A stretch of DNA of 64,000 bases from Octopus sinensis. Taxonomy: Eukaryota. The stretch's first letter is position 1; each line of letters starts with the position of its first letter. The notes beneath the pieces are model-generated. The model saw only the letters and a program-made list of their open reading frames with translations, did no database searches and was not told where the DNA came from. This document shows positions 51,440 to 64,000 of this stretch, piece after piece. The stretch spans positions 1 to 64,000 of the forward strand of contig NW_021834662.1 in the NCBI RefSeq assembly GCF_006345805.1. Direction: 5' to 3'. Both the position numbers and the translations under genes were made by a program.

Positions 51440-51790
51440 AGCATAACATTGTTTGATTAGAATTAAATAGGAACACTGTTGTTAATATCTGCATCTGGTA
51501 AAATTCATACATTTGATTTTTTAAGCTATCGTCTGCAATTTTGTGTTTATTTAAAATGAAAATATTTTCATTAAGAGACAGGCAGTACGTACTGGAACCT
51601 TTGGCGTACGGTTTACTTTCATTTAATATAAACGAAATGATGCGAAAGACTCTGCCTAAATTATAATATCCTTCCTTTTCTTCACAGCAGAGAAATTGTC
51701 GCTCCCCATGTTTTACATCCATATATAGCTTGAAAGAACTGCAATGTTCTTTTCTTTTCGAAAATACAAACTATGGCTGCAGAAGTGGTT
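51440..51790 (-). mobile_element. Degenerate PLE GIY-YIG C-terminal fragment
   Basis: AVLSSYIWM and ILNESKPYAKGSSTYCLSLNENIFIL parallel GLSKLIWD and ILSISIPYDKGKKFCLLCNSELFFII at 6.15-6.3 kb. Confidence 0.65.
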
Positions 51791-52721
51791 TTTGAAATTT
51801 TCCTCTATCATTCCTATCTTTGTATTATAGCAATATCATTACTATTGAGCATACTGCAGGGTATTTTATTTTCTTTCAAAGTTATAATCCTTTATTTTTA
51901 CACGTTTTCCTTTTATTATTTTTGCTAACATGTTTAAGTAGTTTAGACAAGATTCCTCTTTATTAGTATTGGAACTGTAAAGGACTATGTTTGATTCAAG
52001 GTTGTAGGTTATAGGGTTATATGTGTAAATGTGAGTAATACAGTTTTTGTTATGATAGTTTTGGCGTTTAGTGATAAATATGGGTTACACCATAGGACTT
52101 ACATTCTTATTAGTCGTATTCAGAAGCCTAGGAGGGAAACAATTGTAAATGCACATCTATACACTAAACAACTGAAAATGATGCAGGGTTTTTATTTATG
52201 TAGAAGACCTTATCATTCAGTATATTGTATGGTTGGTATCTATTCATCTCCAAATATAATATTACAGTTAAAACCGACACCCATTTTCGTGAACGTTGTG
52301 TTTCTGAAAGCTATACCGTCAAAGGCACTGCTGATAGAAATAGCCATCGTCTCGATATAAACCTCTATCTAATATTCGGAATTTATAACTTAGCTTGTCC
52401 AAAATACCCAGATTTTGCATATCTCAACCATATCACAAGAACAAGTTTTTATCAAATAAGGTTCTGCTTAGTGATATAAGACTGCTGCTTACGCGGCACT
52501 ACGTTGTGACAAATGCTTAGGTAAAGACGAATCAAAGCCTGGAGATAGAAGAATAAAACTATGTCAAGTTAGAAAAATCTAAAATGTCATTGGTTGATAA
52601 TACTTTAGCATAGACTGACTAGAGGCTATAGATATACTGCAGCACAACACTTCTGGCTCTAGCGTGGATATTATTCAATTTCTGGAGGTTCGGGTTTCTT
52701 AGAGTTTATATTATTTCTTTA

Positions 52722-53003
52722 GGTTCTTTTACTTGTTTCAGTCATTTGACCGCGGCCATGCTGGAGCACCATCTTTAGTCGAACAAATCGACCCCAGGAC
52801 TTATTCTTTGTGAACCCAGTGATTACGCCATCGGTCTCTTTGGCCGAACCGCTAAATTAGGCGTAAACACGCCAATATCGGTTGTCAAGCGATGGTGGGA
52901 GGACAAACATAGACACACAAATACATATATACATACATATGTATAAATACAAACATACATACATGCATATCTATCTACCTATCTATCTATCTATCTATCT
53001 ATC

Positions 53004-53060
<57 letters not shown>

Positions 53061-53225
53061 TTATCTATCTATACGACGGGCTTCTTTTAGTTTTCGTCTA
53101 CCGAACCCACTCACAAGGCTTTGGTCGGCACAAGGCTATACCAGAAGTCACTTGCGCAAAGTGTCATGCAGTGGGACTGAACCCAGAACCATGTGGTTAA
53201 AAAGCAAGCATCTTACCACACACCC
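52722..53225 (-). mobile_element. SINE family B, full length, internal (TATC)n
   Basis: Tail and head homology. Confidence 0.9.
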
Positions 53226-53483
53226 ACTTCATATTTAACGTTTTCACTATTGATTAGCTTAATTAATGAAGGATTTACATGGAAAGGTGTTTTTCGTTTC
53301 GTAGGCTTTTAACTTCGCTCGTAGTCAAATACATGTACACATATATTAACATGTGTGTATGTGTCTGTCTGTCTGTCTCTTTTTCTGTGTAATAGTATAT
53401 ATGTATCGTATATATATACACACGCACGCATATCTATGTATCAATATATGTAAGCAGATATATATATATATATATAATATATA

Positions 53484-53524
<41 letters not shown>

Positions 53525-53576
53525 AGCAGATATTATATATATATATACATATGTATATGTATATATATATATACAC

Positions 53577-53646
<70 letters not shown>

Positions 53647-53782
53647 CTATATGTATATATGGATGTGTGTTATTGTATATATATATGCATATATATATAT
53701 ATATATATAAAATAAATTAATTTACTCTGCTATGTATTGAGTACCTTATTTACTGTGGTTAACCCCGACTCAACCCGGGACC

Positions 53783-53828
<46 letters not shown>

Positions 53829-53829
<1 letters not shown>

Positions 53830-54095
53830 GATGAGGGAACGCATGGTCTAGTGGTTAGGGTCTTGCAAGCCCGATCGTGAGATCGTGATTTCAATTCCTA
53901 GGTCTTGAGCAAAACACTTTATTTCACGTTGCTTTGCGATCACTGTGACACCTGACGCGTCGTACAGCGTGCATCTATTCGGGCAACGTCAATTTGATGG
54001 CGGGAGGGAGCTAATGTGCGGCGGCACATACATTTGATAATTGTAAACAAATCATTTGCACAGCACGTTCGGCGAAAGCTGAACGCTGATACGGC
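53829..54095 (+). mobile_element. tRNA-derived SINE family D
   Basis: ATGGTCTAGTGGTTAGGG...TTCAATTCC...TTGAGCAAAACACTTTATTTCACGTTGCT, shared with 60103. Confidence 0.75.
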
Positions 54096-54429
54096 GGGAG
54101 AGTCCCTCATGTATACACATGAGAAAAAATTAAAATGTAAAACGAAATGGAAATTATATCAAACATTTCATTAGTTTACAGCTGTTTCTGCTGTAAATGC
54201 AATGAACCTCTTAGCAGAACGTTTGTATATAACTCAACAACTTTATGGGAGCTTTAAACAGTATGTTAATGGAGTTCTTAGCATAATTGCTTCTTCCTTT
54301 CTCAATTTGCTGATCTGTACCCGACTGACGTTTTGCTCAGAAGCATATGTATATTAAGTTCTAACATTAGGTTATTCGTATCGCTATGCTTACGTGAAAT
54401 AGTAACTATCTCTCTATCTGCTGGTCTGC

Positions 54430-54463
<34 letters not shown>

Positions 54464-54516
54464 CTATCTATCTATCTATCTATTGCCTGATGCTGTCTGC
54501 CTGTCTGTCCGTCTGC

Positions 54517-54555
<39 letters not shown>

Positions 54556-54563
54556 TCTATCTA

Positions 54564-54596
<33 letters not shown>

Positions 54597-54620
54597 ATTA
54601 TTATCTACCTACCTAACATA

Positions 54621-54652
<32 letters not shown>

Positions 54653-54660
54653 ATCTATCT

Positions 54661-54910
54661 AGGCTTTTCTTTCCACGGGTAAACCTCACCTGTCCTCCCC
54701 TTTACACTTCATTGACATTTCTGGTTATTACGATCCCTATGATCAACTCCCCCCCTTTTTTTAAAATCCTCCCCTTTTTTTGTCCTCTTTCTTTCCTTTT
54801 ACGATCCCTTTTGATCGAAAACCAACCCCCTTTTTTTTACCCCCAAAAGAAAAGCTCTATCTTGTAATTTGTTCTGTCTGTGTGCAGCCCTGTGTGGCTA
54901 ATAAAGAAAC
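54661..54910 (+). mobile_element. Tx1-like LINE 3' UTR fragment inside a (TATC)/(TGTC)n array
   Basis: Matches 17330-17594; ends AATAAAGAAAC. Confidence 0.88.
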
Positions 54911-54936
54911 ATATCTATCTGTCTGTCTGTCTGTCC

Positions 54937-55024
<88 letters not shown>

Positions 55025-55052
55025 GTCTGTCTGTCTGTCCGTCTGTCTGTCA

Positions 55053-55088
<36 letters not shown>

Positions 55089-55190
55089 GCCTGTCTGCCT
55101 GTCTGTCTGCCTGCCTGTCTGCCTGTCTGCCTGTCTATTTATCTCTCTCTATCTATCTATCGATTTAGCTAGCTAGCTGTCTGTCTGACA

Positions 55191-55238
<48 letters not shown>

Positions 55239-55288
55239 GCCTATATATCTCTATATATCTAACTCTCTCCCTCTCTCTATTTATATAT

Positions 55289-55346
<58 letters not shown>

Positions 55347-55761
55347 TCAGACTGTCTGTAGAAACCACTAAACCAGTTACTGTGATCACTTTGGGAACTG
55401 TTCCATGGCCGATTGTTTGAGCACAGGTATTTGTTCGTGCTGGCGTCCCTTGAATTTTTTTGAAAAAAATCCGTTTTATTACATTTTCATATAATATAAT
55501 ATACAAATTACACTACACTATCTTGCACGCACACACGCATACACACATAGAGAGATGCACAGACTCAGACACAGACAGACACATATTACACAAACATATA
55601 TTTGTATATAAATATATATATGTACATATATGTACAAGCTATGTATATATATATATACAGTCATACTCACACACACGCACACGTGCGAACGTAGTGTTAT
55701 CTTGCAACACAAAATAATGTTCTTGTTGAACATAAAGAATAATATGACGTGAATATATGTA

Positions 55762-55804
<43 letters not shown>

Positions 55805-56244
55805 AAGGGGCCGTCAAAGTGACATTAACGGGTCAGTGAATTAATGACCCTACAAGAAATATATAATATACGTTTAAATAGAGAATATGATATACCAGCC
55901 ATCATACATGTTACAATTTAAGGCTGGATGGAGAGATGGAGTTTTTTTAACAGCTGCAGACAATGCTCAGGCGTAATTTTATATTCATTATATTAATATG
56001 TATTGGGCGTATGTCTGTGGATTTACGCACAATAATATATATATATATATATATGTGGTGTGTGTGTGGTGTGGGGTGTGTGGTGTGTGTGTGTTGTGTT
56101 GTGTGTGTCTGTGTGTGTCTGTGTGTCTGTATTTGGGCGTATGTCTGTAAATGTATGCATATATATATATATTATATATACATTCACACATACACACATT
56201 CACTCACACACATACATATAGATCTGTGTGTATGAATTTATATT

Positions 56245-56455
56245 CTTTTATTCTTTTATTTGTTTCAGTCATTTGACTACGGCCATACTGGAGCACTGCC
56301 TTTAGTCCAACAAATCAACCTCAGGACTTATTCTTTGTAAGTCTAGTACTCATTCTACTGGTTCTCTTTTGCCGAACAGCTAAGTTACGAGGGCCTAAAC
56401 ACACCCACATGGGTTATCAAGTGATTGGGGGTGGACAAACACAGACACACAAACA
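56245..56455 (-). mobile_element. SINE family B, 3' half
   Basis: TGTTTCAGTCATTTGACTACGGCCATACTGGAGCAC tail. Confidence 0.85.
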
Positions 56456-56847
56456 TATATATCTATGGAACTCGACTGAGGAAAGAAAACTCCGAATGAC
56501 CCGTCCTTGTTTTCTATGTTTTGCGTTCTTGTCCCCTTTTTGTATAGATTATATATATATATATATATATATGTAATAAATAACAATTTAACAAATAAAA
56601 CATACGCATACATACATACATATATGTACATGCCTACATCTATATGTATATATACATGCATATATATATATATATAATATATATATATATATATTCGGTA
56701 TAAGCAATTAAGATTCAAATGCGTTCTATTGAATTCACAAGAATATGGTACTTGACTTGGATGCACCAGAAATCTATATGGTGTTAACCATACGATAAAG
56801 TGGGGTGATTACAAATAGGAAAAAAGCAACAAGAATGGAGCAAAATA

Positions 56848-56932
56848 TCGTACAATTGTTTCGTAACGAAGAATCTTAATAAGTCTATACAAAAATTGCA
56901 ATAAATATAGATGGCTCGTACTCATCAGCCGA
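56848..56932 (-). ncRNA. Type I hammerhead, slightly decayed
   Basis: Inverted copy of 57488-57572 with a 1-nt insertion in stem II and a 1-nt loss in helix I. Confidence 0.6.
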
Positions 56933-57388
56933 AAAAACATCCGAGATTTCCAAACATCAAGGGGGTAATGGGTATGTTACAATCGTGAAACATCATGGAG
57001 AGTTCTATAAAAGTGGAAAATTTGGATAACAAATTGGTTTCTAAGATTTCAGTTAGTATTACACAGGTTTATAAAAAGCCTTTTCAAAACCTTAGTTTTC
57101 CAGAAAGTGAAGACAAAAGTTAGGGTGTGAATATATCCTTATTGAATAAAGTTCGATTCTTGGAGATGTGATGAGAAGTATCGTACTCACAGAAAATGCG
57201 TTTGTCCATATATAGTTCATAGTAAGTGCGAATCAAGCTGTGTGGAGATATTTTAGATAAATTCGTGTGAAACTTCTGAAAAACGCTATGTTATAATCCG
57301 AAGAGGAAGCGTAGCGGGAGTCTTATAGCGAAGGCGAATAGGGTGAAAAAGAGATCTACAAGAACCACAGGGCTAAAGGAAGAAAGAG

Positions 57389-57426
<38 letters not shown>

Positions 57427-57487
57427 GAAGGAAGAAAGACAGAAAGTTGAATATATATGCATATATACATACATCTCGGATGTTTTT

Positions 57488-57572
57488 TCGGCTGATGAGT
57501 ACGAGCCATCTATATTTACTGCAATTTTTGTAGCCTTATTAAAGATGTCTTCGTACGAAACAATTGTACCGA
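57488..57572 (+). ncRNA. Canonical-core type I hammerhead with long stem II
   Basis: UCGG-CUGAUGA-GUACGA..(58 nt in total)..UCGUAC-GAAA-CAAUUG-UA-CCGA. Confidence 0.85.
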
Positions 57573-57619
57573 TATTTTGATCCATTCTTGTTGCTTTTTT
57601 CCTATATATATATATATAT

Positions 57620-59750
<2,131 letters not shown>

Positions 59751-60102
59751 ACACACATATATATATATATATATTATATATGAACTCACAACCATCTTGT
59801 AGCGAAGCAAACATCTTACCCCACAGCCATGCTGGGTTTATATATATGTGTGTGTATACATATATGTATATGTGTGAATGTGTGCAAGTGTATTCGCGTA
59901 CATAATCACTAACATGGCGGTTAGAGTGTGCAGTTCATTTTATTACATAGCTTTACAATTGTTTCATCGATATTTTACAATTTTGTAATAATATTGTTGC
60001 ATCGGTATTTTTTCTTTTACCGCTAAAATATCGACTCGTGTATAAATTCATGAGCAAATGTATTTATTTTCTAATATATTAATATAGCAATACTATTCTG
60101 AT

Positions 60103-60445
60103 GTGTGAAGGTGCATGCTCAGTGTTTAAAGCATAGGACTTACATTCGTGAGGCTGTGAGTTCGATTCCGGGACAGGGTTATATTGTGCTGTCAAATAAG
60201 AAACTTTATTTCACGTTGCTCCAGTTCACTCAGCTGTAGAAATGAGTTGTGACGTCACAGGTGCCAAGCTGTATTAGCCTTTGACTTTCCCTTGGATAAC
60301 ATCGGTGGTGTGGAGAGAGGAGGCTGGTGTGCATGGTTGACCGCTGGCCTTCCACAAACAATCTTGCCTGGACTTGTACTTCGAAGAGAAATTTTCAAGT
60401 TTCAATTCCATGACCCTTCATGATCGAAGCGGGTCTTTGACTATT
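60103..60445 (+). mobile_element. tRNA-derived SINE family D
   Basis: GAGTTCGATTCC B-box; ACTTTATTTCACGTTGCTCCAGTTCACTCAGCTG central domain. Confidence 0.8.
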
Positions 60446-60635
60446 CTGATAAAATATTAATAAAATAATTGTAGAATTATGTAATAAAACAAACTGCTCA
60501 CTCCGTTTTCCTTGTTAAACTTAAATGCGTGTAAACAGAGCAGATGTGAATATAAAATATTGTGACTGTTGATACGGTAACGGGGTTAAAGTACTCAGAA
60601 TCAAGCCGTGGTTTCACCATCGACCATAGCATAGA

Positions 60636-60675
<40 letters not shown>

Positions 60676-60759
60676 TTGCATGAGCAGAAAGATACACAGC
60701 ATCAAAGTTAATACGGACAAGAATTCTTTCTAAAGTCAAATCCCACTTGAAAGAAAAAA

Positions 60760-61610
60760 AAATATTTCCAAACATCGAGACAACTGCTCGCTGATTCAAC
60801 GAGGGAGTCCCAGGAAAACTTCTATAAATGGAAATGGCGCTGGATAAAGTGTTTGGTCTTAGAAAGGAACTACTTTGAAGGAGATTAAATATGTATTGTA
60901 GCTGTCTTTTTGAAGAGCAATGACTCTGAAACTAGTGTCAGGGTGCTGGCTTTGCTGGGTGGAGGTGCTTATCTCCCCTGTTTGGAAACATAAGGACACA
61001 GTACGCTTATGTCACATAGCCGACTGGAAACAGTGTTTGTTGGGGCTAAATAGCAGTAGCATTCTTCCCTTTAGTGGGACTGCCACATTGGGTTGACAAC
61101 AAACCATTACTTTATCGTGCTGCTACTGTATAAATCTCTCTGAGAGATTTAGAAATGCAGTATTTCTAATCCCAGTACTCCTTGATAAAAACTCGTACAG
61201 TGCTATGGTGTGATGTTACAGGAGGTCTCCCCTCACAGAAACAAGATACAGATGGCGACCTGAAGCAGGCAGGTTATCTCGGAGCTTCACAAAGAATTAA
61301 TTTGCGTATGCTTTACTGTCATCAATAATAAAAACCTTTCCGCCGAATATCTTAAAGACAAGGCCCTTGTGGTCTGTAATATAGCAGGGCAGTACCTCAT
61401 GCCGAGTACAAGCTATAAATAAGGGATTTAGATATTAATTTCAAGGAGAGGAACGTGCTGAGTTACGTAGAAGTTAGGAGGTGATGTATAATATCTAACT
61501 TGACTCAAATCCAGTGATGTTTGAGGGGAGAAGCACCCAATAATTATAACCCGGTGCCACCCCGGTGAGCGTGGGCCAAATACTAACCGCTGGTCGAACT
61601 CTGATGAATG
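60760..61610 (+). mobile_element. Possible very old Tx1/L1-like RT N-terminal remnant
   Basis: Only faint matches to the LDQ.KAFD and FGP.F.RW regions; many stops. Confidence 0.3.
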
Positions 61611-61972
61611 CACCAATGATATATATAAGATAGAAGTATATATTTATGATTGTATGCATATGTGCAAATATATATACATGTATTTGTGTATATATGCATA
61701 CCTACACACGCACATACGCACAAACGCACACACACACACATACACGAGCACGCGCATATATACACATATATGCACATATATGTATGTATGTATTATGTTT
61801 CTATAAATCCAGCTTTTGAATATTTATGCGCATTTCTAAACATATTTAAGTTAAATATTCTGATGAATACATTAAAGCCATTTACTAAAGATATTTTATC
61901 ACGTTCTACAAACAACCAACCAACCAACAAACAAACCTACATACCTACCTATATATATATATATATATATAT

Positions 61973-63073
61973 CACCGTTAATGCTTCTGTATTTCATGTT
62001 TCTGTATTCCATTATTGTTTTTTGTTTTTTTTTATATCTGTCCCTTTTGCTGTCTGGTGTTCGTATGCATTCGATCCTTCTTCCAGGAAATCTACTCTTC
62101 CAGCTTAGTTTTTTCTATGCTCGTTGCTTAGTTTTTCTTGGAGGCTGGCCGTGATCTAGTAATCTCAAGATTAATCAGCCGAAATTACTACGATGATCCG
62201 GTTCTTGACTGAAGACTGAGGGGTTCGAATGTCCTGTCCATGTTTATTGTGTCGTCTTCTAAGAAGTATTATACGTTCTTGTCCATGTTGTATTTTTTCT
62301 ACATACCTTAACATATATCCAGGCGCCCCGTACCACCTATCATTATGTGAGCACATATTCTTATAATTGGTACGACTCTCTTTTTGTCTCCCTCTCTCTC
62401 TCATTTTTTACTTGATCTGTCCCCCCCTCTCTCTCTTTGTCTCGCTCGCACTCACAGGTCATTCTTCGACACCCATCCCTTCTCCTCTCTGATACCGTTC
62501 TTCTCTCTCTTCTCTCTCTTTGTTGCGTTTTTGTCCCTCGTCTCTCTCTCTCTTCCTTTGCTTCTCTTTCTTTTCTTTTCCTCTTCTCTGTCACGTGACT
62601 GTTGGCCGAAATCTGCCTTTCAGCTCCTGACCCTCGTCGTGTTAACATCGTTGTTTTTCGTCCGCCGCTATAAAGCTTCTTCCAATGCGCCAGAGAAAAA
62701 ATTGTTTGCTTGTTATCAGTCGTAAGACACTTTTGTTTTCACCGTTAATGCTTCTGTATTTCATGTTTCTTATTCCATTATTGTTTTTTGTTTTTTTATA
62801 TATCCCCTTTTGCTGTCCTGGTGTGTTCGTAATGCATTCGATCCTTCTTCCAGGAAATCTACGCTTCCAGCTTAGTTTTTCTAAATGGCTCGTTGCTTAG
62901 TTTTTCTTGGAGGCTGGCCGTGATCTAGTAATCTCAAGATTAATCAGCCGAAATTACTACGATGATCCGGTTCTTGACTGAAGACTGAGGGGTTCGAATG
63001 TCCTGTCCATGTTTATTGTGTCGTCTTCTAAGAGTTATACGTTCTTGTCCATGTTGTATTTTTTCTACATACC

Positions 63074-63075
<2 letters not shown>
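61973..63075. mobile_element. Non-coding element with ~335-bp direct terminal repeats (61973-62310 / 62740-63075)
   Basis: Both repeats start CACCGTTAATGCTTCTG and end CTACATACCTTAA; (TA)n flanks; CT-rich 430-bp interior. Confidence 0.8.
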
Positions 63076-63123
<48 letters not shown>

Positions 63124-63224
63124 TTGTATATGATATATATATATATATATATCAACCCACGTTCCGGGTTCATTCCTACTGCGCGGTGCCTTGGCGTCTT
63201 CTGCTATAGCTACTACCTACCTAC

Positions 63225-63320
<96 letters not shown>

Positions 63321-63357
63321 ACATACATACAGACATACATATATATGAATATATACT

Positions 63358-63778
63358 TTTATTATTTTGTTCCAGACATTTGACTATGGCCATGCTGGAG
63401 CACGCCTAAGTCGAACAAATCGAGCCCAAAACTTGTTGTGTGTAAGCCTAGTACTTATTCTATCGGACACTTTTCCGACCACTATTTATGAGGGCCGTAG
63501 ACATACCGACATATGTTGTCAAGCGATGGTGGGCAGGGGATCAAACAGAGACGCATAAACATACACACACACACACCACACACACACACACACCACACAT
63601 ATATATAATATATTATATATTATATATATATAATATATATATATATAATACGACGGGCAACAACCTTCTTTCAGTTTCCGTCCACCAAATCCACTCACAA
63701 GGCTTTGGTCGGTTCGAGGCTATAGCAGAAGACGCCCAAGGCACCGCGCAGTAGGACTGAACCCGGAACCGTGGGGTT
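63358..63778 (-). mobile_element. SINE family B (head fragment on + at 63150-63212)
   Basis: GGCCATGCTGGAGCAC tail; CACAAGGCTTTGGTCGG...GACTGAACCCGGAACC head. Confidence 0.88.
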
Positions 63779-63842
63779 GATATATATATATATATACTAC
63801 ATATACAAACATATACAATATATATATATATATATATATATA

Positions 63843-63879
<37 letters not shown>

Positions 63880-64000
63880 CATACGCAATATATAGTTATG
63901 ATATCTTCTGTTTAAGGACGGTTGTAGAGTAGAGTATCAAACTGGTCCAACTTCAAATTTCCCTTATGTATGCATTAGTAGCATTTTTCAGTTACATATA

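Larger units (their letters stand above)
56815..57602 (-). mobile_element. Internally deleted PLE with inverted pLTRs (56815-56950 / 57472-57602)
   Basis: Arms are reverse complements; the spacer minus strand has decayed PLE N-terminal-like coding (…KGFL*TC…). Confidence 0.7.

Noticed and set aside
52225-52479. ORF with IYNLACPKYPDFAYL resembling the GIY-YIG N-terminus
   Set aside because: YIG and downstream R/EH residues are absent; too weak to call

Overview
AT-rich eukaryotic DNA, very likely from an octopod cephalopod (inferred from the SINE, microsatellite and LINE repertoire). No host protein-coding gene can be supported, and almost all ORFs in the track are microsatellite artefacts. 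The window is a mosaic of mobile elements. It holds many Penelope-like element (PLE) remnants and solo or fold-back terminal repeats (pLTRs), a near full-length but broken CR1-group LINE (40.1-43.3 kb), and Tx1-like, R4/Dong-like and RTE LINE fragments. There are at least four tRNA-derived SINE families, a full-length DD36E Tc1-type transposon, two DD37D (maT) copies and a non-autonomous DNA element with an 8-bp TSD. The most striking signal is about 13 near-intact (plus about 5 decayed) type I hammerhead ribozyme motifs from many unrelated families. Nearly all have a palindromic stem III, their helices covary between copies, and stem II ranges from 11 to about 100 nt. Several sit in short non-coding units with fixed termini, terminal redundancy or fold-back structure, resembling retrozyme-like non-autonomous elements. 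All alignments and folds were done by eye, and no activity has been tested.
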